64,000 nucleotides of DNA from an uncultured Alphaproteobacteria bacterium. Lineage in GTDB: Bacteria > Pseudomonadota > Alphaproteobacteria > Puniceispirillales > Puniceispirillaceae. Location of the stretch: positions 9,544-73,543 of the forward strand of contig CAJWVJ010000001.1 of NCBI GenBank assembly GCA_913048595.1. Reading direction: 5' to 3'. Both the position numbers and the translations under genes were made by a program. Every line of letters starts with the position of its first letter. The first letter of the stretch is position 1. Positions 39,314-48,103 of this stretch are shown one piece after another. The notes beneath the pieces are model-generated. The model did no database searches and was not told the DNA's origin. It saw only the letters and a list, made by a program, of their open reading frames with translations.

Positions 39314-42300
39314 GACGCTGTCTCCCGGGGTGATGTGCGAAGCCGCTCGAGGTCAGCCTGCACGCTGTTGCGGCGCGGTGTCCAGAGGCCGCGTTCGATG
39401 GCCTCTTCGAAGCGGTCGAGCATATCCTGATAGGCCGCGTCATTCGTCCGTTCAAGAAAATCACGGACATGATCATCCTCGATATAGGCCTGGTACAGGG
39501 CGGCGAAATGATATTCCGCCACCTGCCGCGTCGTGGCCGAGAAGGCGAACAGATAATCCACCGTTGCCGCCATCTCGAACGCGCCCTTGTATCCATGGCG
39601 CATCGCGCCCTCGATCCATTTCGGATTGCCGGCCCGCCCGCGGACAACACGGCCGATTTCCTCGCCAAGCGTGCGGATCACCGGCCGTTCGGCAAGCGAA
39701 TGGTCATTGTGATAGATTGGCACGTCGCGGCCCGACAAATGCGCCACCGCCGCCGACAGGCCGCCGGCAAACTGATAGTAGTCATCACTGTCGAGGATGT
39801 CATGCTCGCGGTTGTCCTGGTTGTGCAGCACCGCTTCGGACGCGGACAGGCGCGCCTCGAGAACATCACGCGCTTCGATGCCCTCGGCATGCTCGCCGTA
39901 AGCATGCCCCGACCAGATCAGGAAGGCCTCGGCGAAATCGGACCTGTCCTGCCATAATTTCTCGTCGATCAGGGCCTGAAGCCCGGCCCCGTAGGCGCCC
40001 GGCCTGGCGCTGAAGATGCGAAGCGTGCTGCGGCGAAGCGCGGACGCCTCGTCAACGCCGTTGCGGCGGGCTTCGGCGGTCTCGCGGCGCGCGGCGGCGG
40101 CGATGGGGTTCAATTCTTCCGGCTCGTCCAGCGCGGCAAGCGCCCGCACTGCCCGGTCGAACAGCGTCATCTGCCCCGGAAACGCATCGCGGAAGAAACC
40201 GGAGCAGCGAAGACAGACATCCACCCGCGGCCTGTCCAGAACGTCCAGCGGGATGATCTCGAAACCGGTGACGCGGCGCGAACTGGCGTCCCATGACGGG
40301 CGAACCCCCATCAGCGCCAGCGCCTGCGCGATGTCATCACCACCGGTGCGCATGTTCGATGTGCCCCAGGCCGACAGCACCACTGCCCGCGGCCAGTTGC
40401 CATGATCCATCAGATGCCGGTCAAGCAACGCCTCGGCAGACGCCCAGCCAAGCCGCCAGGCCACCGGGGTCGGCAGGGCCCGGCTGTCGATCGAGAAGAA
40501 GTTCCGTCCGGTCGGCAGCACCTCCGGCCGGCCGCGTGTCGGCGCACCGGAGGCCCCCGGCGGAATGAACCGCCCTGACAGGCCGCGAAGAAGGGCCTCT
40601 CTCTCGCGCGGGCCGCAGGCGTCAAGCCGGTCACGAATGGCGGGAAGCGCATTCTCGATGATGTCCTGTGAAGCTGGCCCCACCGGCACCGCCGTCCCTT
40701 CGACCATGGCGGCGGCAAGCCTGTCGATTCGTTCCACCGTGTCGCCCGTGCTACGCCAGGGATCGGATGACTGCGCCGCCAGAACCGGCGGGCGATCCGC
40801 CGTCCAGGGCGCGCCGCGCTCGGCCGTCAGCGGGTCGAACCCGTCATCCGAAGTGTCTGATGATGACAGACCAAGATCACCGGCGATGGCCCGCGGCAGG
40901 GCAGCATGCGGCCCCTCGCCATCACCGCGCGGGGTCCGCAGGATCTGTGTCAGCAACCCGTTGGCAAGTCTGGTGTCGGGCGACTCACCGAAGACATGCA
41001 GCCCGTCACGAATCTGCATTTCCTTGAGGTCACAGAGGTAGTTATCCAGCTTCAGCAGCTGCTCGGCCGCGTCCTCGGCCGCGTCGATGCCGCAGTCAGC
41101 GGTGATTCCCGCCCGCGTCGCCGTCGCCAGAATATCGGACAGCAGCGCGTCGGACCGCGCCCGGTCCATGCCGGCGGCCTCGTAATATTCATCCATCTGC
41201 GCTTCCAGCTCGGCCATCAAGCCATGGCTGTCCGCCTGCGCCATCGGCGGGGTCAGATGGTCGATGATCACCGCCGCCGTGCGGCGCTTGGCCTGCGCGC
41301 CCTCGCCCGGGTCGTTGACGATAAAAGGATAAAGATGCGGTATCGGCCCCAGAACCGCCTCGGGAATACACGCGGCCGCAAGGGCCAGCGCCTTGCCGGG
41401 AAGCCATTCCAGATTACCGTGCTTGCCGAAATGCACCACGGCATCAATGCCGAATTCATGGCGCATCCACCAATAGAGCGCGAAGTAGTTATGCGGCGGC
41501 ACCAGATCGGGCGAGTGATATGTGGCCTTGGGGTCGATGTTGTAGCCGCGCGCCGGCTGCACCGCGACAAGCACATGGCCGTAGCGGCGAAGCGGCAGGC
41601 GGATCGCCTCGCCGTCACACATCGGGTCATCCGCAGGATCGCCCCAGCGCGCGATGACTGCCTCGCGAAGCGGGTCGGGAAGCCTGTCGAAGACAGCGCG
41701 GTAGGACTGCAGCGGCATGGCGGCGTCGCAGACGCGTCCCTGCCAGCCTTCATTGGTCGGACCTGCGCGAAGATCGGCGACGAGCGCGGCGCTGTCCTGC
41801 GGTAAGGCCCCCAGTTGATAGCCGGCATCCGCCATCGCCGTCATCGCGGCACAGGCGCTTGCCGGGGTGTCGAGCCCGACCCCGTTTGCAAGCCTGCCGT
41901 CACGGTTCGGGTAATTCGCCATGACAAGCGCGACCCTGGCTCTGGCGGCGTCAGTCCGGCGAAGCCGCGCCCAGCCGGCGGCAAGTGTCGCGACATAGGC
42001 CGCCCGATCCGGCACCGCTTCATAGCCCGTCGTCATCGCATGGGTCAGCGGGTCGCGCTGCGGCGGCCGCTTGAACCCGACAGCGCGGGTCAGCAGCCGC
42101 CCGTCAAGTTCGGGAAGCGCCACATTCATCGCCAGGTCTCGCGCTGTCAGGCCGGCGGTGGACCCGGTCCAGTCCTCGACCCGGCTTGCTGCCAGAACAA
42201 GCTGCAGCACCGGCGCGTCAACCGCGCCAAAGGGCCCGACCGAGGCAACACCGGGCATCGTATCCCCGGCCGCTGCCGGATCCGACACGGCAAAACTCGT

Positions 42301-43119
42301 CATGTTCAGAATGACGTCGGCCTGTGCCTCGGCTAGAAGCGCGGCAATTATCGGCGCGGCGTCACCATCCTTCAGGCTGGCGCTGAACAGCGGCAGTGGA
42401 TTCAGCCCGGCATCACGGCAGGCGGTGATCATCGCATCCACCGGCGCCAGATCGTCCGCCTGAAGCAGGGCACGGTAGAAGATGATGGCGGCCACAGGCG
42501 CGCCGGCGATCCAGTCACCGGACAGCGAGGCCAGATCGGGCATATCCCGCCCCGGCCAGTAGATGCCGGCGCGAAGAAGCGGGCGCGGCGGCGCGGCCAT
42601 CGCGGTGCCGTCGAGAAGGTCGCTTATGGCGTGAAGAAAGGCCAGCGCATTGTCCTTGCCGCCGGCATCAAGATAGGCGGACAGTGACCGGCAGACCTCC
42701 GTGTCGAAGGATGACAGGTAGTCGAGTTCGGGGTCGGGGCGCGCGTCACCGGGAAGAAAGACGACCGGCACACCGCCGGATACCGCCTGCGCGCGAAGCT
42801 GTTGCACGCCATAGGACCAGTAGGCGCTGCCGCCAAGAAGCCTGACCACCACCAGCCGCGCCGCGGCGACGGTATTGGCGATATATTGATCGACCGAAAA
42901 GGGGTGACTGAGGCTGAGATAATTGGCGACCCGCACCCGCGGCGCATCCGTCCTGACCTCATCATCGTTACCCTGAAACGCGGCCACGGCGGCGGACAGC
43001 AGGCTGACCTCGGTATCGGCAGATGTCAGGATGACGATATCGCCCGGCGGCTGGCCGAGATCGACGGCCTCGTCGGAATCATAAAGGGCACCGCCCTCTT
43101 CGACCCTAAGAAGATGCAT
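39310..43119 (-). CDS. cobN: Cobaltochelatase subunit CobN
   Basis: MHLL N-terminus, VALPELDG, HFGKHGNLEWLPGK, LPTGRNF, YYQFAGG, NPKWIEG. 1269 aa. Confidence 0.97.
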   Translation of the reverse strand: MHLLRVEEGGALYDSDEAVDLGQPPGDIVILTSADTEVSLLSAAVAAFQGNDDEVRTDAPRVRVANYLSLSHPFSVDQYIANTVAAARLVVVRLLGGSAYWSYGVQQLRAQAVSGGVPVVFLPGDARPDPELDYLSSFDTEVCRSLSAYLDAGGKDNALAFLHAISDLLDGTAMAAPPRPLLRAGIYWPGRDMPDLASLSGDWIAGAPVAAIIFYRALLQADDLAPVDAMITACRDAGLNPLPLFSASLKDGDAAPIIAALLAEAQADVILNMTSFAVSDPAAAGDTMPGVASVGPFGAVDAPVLQLVLAASRVEDWTGSTAGLTARDLAMNVALPELDGRLLTRAVGFKRPPQRDPLTHAMTTGYEAVPDRAAYVATLAAGWARLRRTDAARARVALVMANYPNRDGRLANGVGLDTPASACAAMTAMADAGYQLGALPQDSAALVADLRAGPTNEGWQGRVCDAAMPLQSYRAVFDRLPDPLREAVIARWGDPADDPMCDGEAIRLPLRRYGHVLVAVQPARGYNIDPKATYHSPDLVPPHNYFALYWWMRHEFGIDAVVHFGKHGNLEWLPGKALALAAACIPEAVLGPIPHLYPFIVNDPGEGAQAKRRTAAVIIDHLTPPMAQADSHGLMAELEAQMDEYYEAAGMDRARSDALLSDILATATRAGITADCGIDAAEDAAEQLLKLDNYLCDLKEMQIRDGLHVFGESPDTRLANGLLTQILRTPRGDGEGPHAALPRAIAGDLGLSSSDTSDDGFDPLTAERGAPWTADRPPVLAAQSSDPWRSTGDTVERIDRLAAAMVEGTAVPVGPASQDIIENALPAIRDRLDACGPREREALLRGLSGRFIPPGASGAPTRGRPEVLPTGRNFFSIDSRALPTPVAWRLGWASAEALLDRHLMDHGNWPRAVVLSAWGTSNMRTGGDDIAQALALMGVRPSWDASSRRVTGFEIIPLDVLDRPRVDVCLRCSGFFRDAFPGQMTLFDRAVRALAALDEPEELNPIAAAARRETAEARRNGVDEASALRRSTLRIFSARPGAYGAGLQALIDEKLWQDRSDFAEAFLIWSGHAYGEHAEGIEARDVLEARLSASEAVLHNQDNREHDILDSDDYYQFAGGLSAAVAHLSGRDVPIYHNDHSLAERPVIRTLGEEIGRVVRGRAGNPKWIEGAMRHGYKGAFEMAATVDYLFAFSATTRQVAEYHFAALYQAYIEDDHVRDFLERTNDAAYQDMLDRFEEAIERGLWTPRRNSVQADLERLRTSPRETAS

Positions 43120-44215
43120 GATCGTCCATCAGTGTGCCGCCAAGACGGCCCGCGATGGCGGCGGCGTCAAGCCCGGCCATGCCGATCACCACAAGCCGGC
43201 CGGATACCGAATCCCGGTCACGCGCGAAATAGCCGTCGACGCGCCGGCCGACCGCCTGCACCACGAAGGGAAGCGCCCTGCCGGCGACATCCACCCGCCC
43301 CTTGGCCCGCAGCACGCCGAATTCGCCGGCGATGGCGGCGATTTCCTGCTGGAAGGCGTCGGCATCCGCGACCGCCCCGACCGAGATCACATGCGAGGCG
43401 AATTCATCATGGCCATGCTCATGATGGTGGTGGTGGTCCTCATCATCATGGTCGTGGTCATGCTCATCCTCATGATGATGATGGTGGTGATGGTGATGGG
43501 CATGTTCGGACCTGGCATGCGCCTGCTCTTCCATGTCCAGCCCCAGAATGGCGTCCATGGGCGCCGCGCCGCCAGAGACGGGGATGATCGGCGTCGGCGC
43601 GTCAAGCTGCCCCTCGACCGTGGCGCGGGCACGGGCAAGACCGGCGTCGTCCAGCATGTCGGCCTTCGACAGCACGATCAGGTTGGCAGCGCCGATCTGG
43701 TCGGCGAACAGCTCGTCGATGGGGCTTTCATGGTCAAGCTCCTCGTCGGCGGCGCGCTGCGCCTCGAGCGCCTCCAGATCATGGGCCACCCCGCCATCCG
43801 CAAGCGCCGGGCCATCGACAAGCGTCACCACCCCGTCAAGCATCACCTGTGACTTGATATCCGGCCAGTTGAAGGCCTGAACCAGCGGCTGCGGCAAGGC
43901 CAGCCCGGAGGTTTCGATGATGATGTGGTCAGGCTTCGGGTCCTGCACCAGCAATTGCTGGATGCTGGGCAGGAAATCATCGGCAACGGTGCAGCAGATA
44001 CAGCCATTGGCAAGCTCGATGATTTCCTCGGCGCTGCAGCTGTCGGCCCCACATTCCTGAAGCATGTCGCCATCCATGCCGATATCGCCGAATTCATTGA
44101 CGATCAGCGCCAACCTCCTGCCATTGGCCTGCATGATGATGTTGCGGATCAGCGTGGTCTTGCCGGCGCCGAGAAAGCCGGTAATCACGGTTGCCGGAAT
44201 ACGGGCTGAAGCCAT
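43106..44215 (-). CDS. cobW: Cobalamin biosynthesis GTPase/metallochaperone CobW (COG0523)
   Basis: GFLGAGKTT, NEFG, GCICCTVADDF, ETSGLA, long His/acidic linker, RAKG. Confidence 0.96.
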   Translation of the reverse strand: MASARIPATVITGFLGAGKTTLIRNIIMQANGRRLALIVNEFGDIGMDGDMLQECGADSCSAEEIIELANGCICCTVADDFLPSIQQLLVQDPKPDHIIIETSGLALPQPLVQAFNWPDIKSQVMLDGVVTLVDGPALADGGVAHDLEALEAQRAADEELDHESPIDELFADQIGAANLIVLSKADMLDDAGLARARATVEGQLDAPTPIIPVSGGAAPMDAILGLDMEEQAHARSEHAHHHHHHHHHEDEHDHDHDDEDHHHHHEHGHDEFASHVISVGAVADADAFQQEIAAIAGEFGVLRAKGRVDVAGRALPFVVQAVGRRVDGYFARDRDSVSGRLVVIGMAGLDAAAIAGRLGGTLMDDHASS

Positions 44216-44335
44216 GTCATGACCCTTTCAGCTGGCGGGCGAAGACATCAGACGCGACAAGGCAGAGCCACCCGGTCCTGCCCCCTGCCTGAAACACCAC
44301 CCGCACAAGCGCGGATGGCGCCGGGTTAAGCTGGG

Positions 44336-44968
44336 CTACATGCCGGAGAAGATCAGCGGTTCGACGATCTCGACCATATAGGTCAGGCCGACACCGGCAA
44401 CCACCGCACCGGCAAGGCGCGGCTTCATGGCGCCAGCGTCAAGCGCCTTCCAGACACGGGCGGTGAACAGGGCAACAGCCATGGCGATGGCCATCTGGAT
44501 GAAGCCGAACCCGACAAGATAGGCGACAATCGGGGTCGTCTCGGCACCGACAACCGCCTCGCCATAGGCCCAGCCATGAAACAGGCCGGCGGCGGCGGCA
44601 AGGGCCGCGGCGGGACGGATATCTGACACCTTGCCACGCATGGCGAAACCGCCTGCCACCATCACCGATGCGGTGATGACCACTTCGGCAAGCGGCAGCG
44701 TCACGGCGGCGAGCATCAGCAGGGTGCCGCCCACAGTACCGCCGACAAAGGCAGCCGGCATGACCAGGCGCGCGCGGTGGAAAGCGGCGATCAGGCCAAT
44801 ACCGATCACAAAGGCCAGATGGTCAAAACCGATGACCGGGTGGCCGACACCGGACAGGAAGCCGTGAAGAGCAGTCTGCGGTGTCATCCCGCCAAGCGGA
44901 TGATGCGCGAAAGCCGCGCCTGTCATTGTCAGGATCATGGCTGCCGCCAGGGTGAAAATTCTGGTCAT
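44336..44968 (-). CDS. HupE/UreJ family metal transporter, probably cobalt
   Basis: Signal AFA-HHPLGG, GHPVIGFDHLAF, GLFHGWAYG. Lies under a cobalamin riboswitch. Confidence 0.9.
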   Translation of the reverse strand: MTRIFTLAAAMILTMTGAAFAHHPLGGMTPQTALHGFLSGVGHPVIGFDHLAFVIGIGLIAAFHRARLVMPAAFVGGTVGGTLLMLAAVTLPLAEVVITASVMVAGGFAMRGKVSDIRPAAALAAAAGLFHGWAYGEAVVGAETTPIVAYLVGFGFIQMAIAMAVALFTARVWKALDAGAMKPRLAGAVVAGVGLTYMVEIVEPLIFSGM

Positions 44969-45081
44969 TGGGCGTCCCCCTTCGAACCGTCAGGTTCGTC
45001 TGTATGCGGGGAATCGTGTCGCCGACAGCGCAATCAAGGCTCGCTTCACGGCATACCCCGGCCGTTGCAATTCTGGCTTCA

Positions 45082-45262
45082 AAGGCAGGTCTCCTGGCTC
45101 GAGGTCGTGGCCCGGCACCCTTCCCGGAAGCACGCTTCCAGTGGGATCCTGACGGGCGACCATCTTACAGTCGCGGGGACGGCTATGGCTTAGGGCAGTC
45201 ATTTTTCACCCTCACCATATTCCCTCATTAAGGCATGGAGCTTTGCTCCACAGCCACCTTCA
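45082..45262 (-). ncRNA. Cobalamin (AdoCbl-type) riboswitch
   Basis: Minus strand reads AAGGU...UUAAUGAGGGAAUAUGGUG...AAGCCAUAGCCGUCCCCGCGACUGUAA...CCACUG...CGGGAAGG...GAGCCAGGAGACCUGCC, i.e. the B12 box and all core motifs. Confidence 0.95.
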
Positions 45263-45349
45263 AGGCTGACAAATATTGGTCTGATTCTGCGGCATCCTGT
45301 CAACCAATTGCGTCACCGAATGGTCCGCCACCGCCATGCGCCGGAACGG

Positions 45350-46390
45350 CTAGCCCGTCATCAGCGGCGCGCCGACACGAATGTCCCCGACAGGCTGGCC
45401 CGCCCAGTTGCTGAGCTTTGCCAGCGACAGTGCCCTGACCGGATCACCAAGCTCATAGCCAAGCGCATGGATCAGCGCGGCGATGGCCGCGCCGGCAGCG
45501 CGGCTGTTGCCGTCACGCGCCTTGACCATCGCACCAAGGCCAAACTCGTGAAACGCCGCGCCATAGACGCCTTCCGCACCTGTCTTTGCGGTGATCCTGT
45601 CGCCGAACCCCTCGGCAAGCGCGGTGCAGAGCCGCCTGTCGCCGGCGATCATGCGTGGCGCGGCAGCAATCCCATGACGAATTCGCGCGCAGGCAGCCAG
45701 GCGGCCGGCCGTAAGCTCGCCGCCCCCGGCAAACAGCGCAAAGCCCCGCGCCCAGTTGCCAAGCGGCGCGCTCAGCGCCGGTGCCCCGCAGCCGTCGATG
45801 CCATGCGGATTGGCGATCAGGTCAAGCCCGACCATCGCTTCCAGCGTGCCGAGGATAGCCTGCTGCACAGGATGGCCCAGCGCCGCATATCCCGCCGGAT
45901 CATGGCCGAGGCACTGCGCCAGAACCATCATGCCGGCATGTTTGCCGCTGCAATTGTTGTGAACCGGCGCCGGCGATTCAAGATCACGCGCCTGGCGAAG
46001 AAGGGTCGGCTGGTCGCCAGACCATTGCGGGCCGCAGGACAGGACGTCTTCGGACAGGCTGAACCTGTCCAGAAGGCGGCGGACGGCAGCGACATGCTCC
46101 GGCTGACCGTTATGGCTGGCGCAAACAAGCGACATCTCCGGCGGCACAAGGCGCCTGTCCTCATCCATCCTGTCCCAGGCCTCCGACAGGGCGATCGCCT
46201 GAAGCGGCTTCATCGCCGAGCGCGGAAAGACCATGCGTTCAACCTCGCCAAGCCCGACCAGCACACCGCCATCGGCATCGCACAGCGCGACATCGACAGC
46301 GTGGCAGCTTTCCTCGGCCCCGCCACGCGTCACCGAGACATGGAGCGGTTCATCCGACACAAGAGGAAGGGAGATACGCGGAACGGCCAT
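45350..46390 (-). CDS. Asparaginase II (Rhizobium AnsA-type)
   Basis: FPRSAMKPLQA, ASHNG, HNNCSGKHAG, IDGC, AKTGAEG. Confidence 0.9.
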   Translation of the reverse strand: MAVPRISLPLVSDEPLHVSVTRGGAEESCHAVDVALCDADGGVLVGLGEVERMVFPRSAMKPLQAIALSEAWDRMDEDRRLVPPEMSLVCASHNGQPEHVAAVRRLLDRFSLSEDVLSCGPQWSGDQPTLLRQARDLESPAPVHNNCSGKHAGMMVLAQCLGHDPAGYAALGHPVQQAILGTLEAMVGLDLIANPHGIDGCGAPALSAPLGNWARGFALFAGGGELTAGRLAACARIRHGIAAAPRMIAGDRRLCTALAEGFGDRITAKTGAEGVYGAAFHEFGLGAMVKARDGNSRAAGAAIAALIHALGYELGDPVRALSLAKLSNWAGQPVGDIRVGAPLMTG

Positions 46391-46518
46391 GGCAGACTTT
46401 CCAAAGAGGGCACCCGCCAAGCCTTAGCAAGGCGAGGAAGGCGACACAATGGCCGCCTTCCCCACATGGTTCGTCATCCACCCCCCTGCGCCAGGTCAGG
46501 CTCCAGGGGGGACAGGCC

Positions 46519-47883
46519 CTAGAACGGGTTGTTTTCCGACTTCCCGCGGGTGTCGAAGAATTCCTTCGTGATCGCAAAGACGACCGGCGAAAGAACAATC
46601 AACGCCACAAGGTTCGGGATGGCCATCATCGCGTTCAGCGTGTCGGCCAGCAGCCAGACGAAGCCAAGCTTCACCGTCGCCCCGACAATCGCCGCCAACG
46701 ACCAGACCGCACGGAACGGCATGATGATGCCGGTGCCGAACAGATAGGCCAGCGACCGCTCGGAATAGTAGGACCATCCGATGATCGTGGTGAAGGCGAA
46801 GATCGCCAGCGAGATGGCGATGATCGGCCCGCCAAGTCCGGGCAGGCTTGCCTCGAAGGCAGCCGAGGTCAGCGCCGCGCCGGTGGCGCCGCTTGTCCAG
46901 ACACCCGTCGACAGGATCGCCAGCGCGGTGAAGCTACAGACGATGAGGGTGTCGATGAAGGTGCCGAGCATGGCGACCAGACCCTGGCTGACCGGACCCT
47001 TGGTCTTGGCGGCGGCGTGCGCGATCGGGGCCGAGCCGAGGCCCGCCTCGTTCGAGAAGACGCCGCGTGCCACACCGAAGCGGATCGCCGCCCAGACCGC
47101 CGCGCCGGCGAACCCGCCCGTGGCGGCCGTCGGCGAAAAGGCATGGGTGAAGATCAGCCCGATGGCATGCGGAATCTGGCCGGCATTGATCACCAGGATC
47201 ACCAGCGAGGCCAGGATGTAGAGCGCCGCCATCAGGGGCACAAGCGCGCCCGCCACCTGGGAAATCCGCTGAATACCGCCGAGAAGCACCGCGCCGACAA
47301 GAAGCGCCACGATGATGCCGGTATAGAGGTGCGGAATACCGAAATTGGTGTGGAGCGCGTCGGCGATGGAGTTCGACTGGACCATATTGCCGATGCCGAA
47401 CCCGGCGATGCCGGCGAACAGCGCGAAGGTGACCGCAAGCCACTTCCAGTTGGCACCCATGCCGTTCTGAATGTAATACATCGGCCCGCCGACGAAATTG
47501 CCGTTCTCGTCGGTTTCACGGAACCGGACGGCGCAGACCGCCTCGGCATATTTCGTGGCCATGCCGACAAGCGCCGTCATCCACATCCAGAAGACCGCCC
47601 CGGGGCCGCCGAGAAAGATGGCTGTCGCGACGCCGGCGATATTGCCGGTGCCGATGGTCGCCGACAAGGATGTCATCAGCGCGTTGAAGGGAGTGATGTC
47701 TCCGGCGTCATCGCCGGGGATGCGGCCCTTCCACAGCAGGGAAAAGCCGAACGGGATCTTCATGATCGACAAGAATCGCAAGCCAACCGTCAAGAACAGG
47801 CCGGCCCCGAGAATCAGGATCAGCATGGGGACGCCCCATACGATACCATTCACCGTGCCGACGAATTCGGAGATCGCTTCCAT
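46519..47883 (-). CDS. Alanine/glycine:cation symporter (AgcS)
   Basis: ATIGTGNIAGVA, GGPGAVFWMW, GGPMYYI, FSNEAGLGSAP, FIDT. Confidence 0.95.
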   Translation of the reverse strand: MEAISEFVGTVNGIVWGVPMLILILGAGLFLTVGLRFLSIMKIPFGFSLLWKGRIPGDDAGDITPFNALMTSLSATIGTGNIAGVATAIFLGGPGAVFWMWMTALVGMATKYAEAVCAVRFRETDENGNFVGGPMYYIQNGMGANWKWLAVTFALFAGIAGFGIGNMVQSNSIADALHTNFGIPHLYTGIIVALLVGAVLLGGIQRISQVAGALVPLMAALYILASLVILVINAGQIPHAIGLIFTHAFSPTAATGGFAGAAVWAAIRFGVARGVFSNEAGLGSAPIAHAAAKTKGPVSQGLVAMLGTFIDTLIVCSFTALAILSTGVWTSGATGAALTSAAFEASLPGLGGPIIAISLAIFAFTTIIGWSYYSERSLAYLFGTGIIMPFRAVWSLAAIVGATVKLGFVWLLADTLNAMMAIPNLVALIVLSPVVFAITKEFFDTRGKSENNPF

Positions 47884-48103
47884 GTCTCGTTCCTTTCGTC
47901 AAATGCGTCTTCGTGCATTCCGGAACGAAACTGGGAACGATACAGATGAAGGGGGGACGCCCCGGATCACACCGCTAGGGCCAGGGCCAGCCGCCCCATC
48001 AATGGTGCGACAAACTGTCCTGACTGCCCCTTTTCTACATCAGATGCGGTGGCCCGACAACCACTTCTTCACCACAATCCATTATATAAAATATTAATTT
48101 TAT

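Noticed and set aside
43405-43505. Low-complexity TGG/TGA/TCA repeats (also about 34665-34735)
   Set aside because: They encode the His/Asp/Glu-rich metal-binding tracts of CobW and CbiX.
47884-48103. Glycine riboswitch upstream of agcS
   Set aside because: The GGAGA/CCGAAG/CUCUCAGG core motifs were not found on the minus strand.
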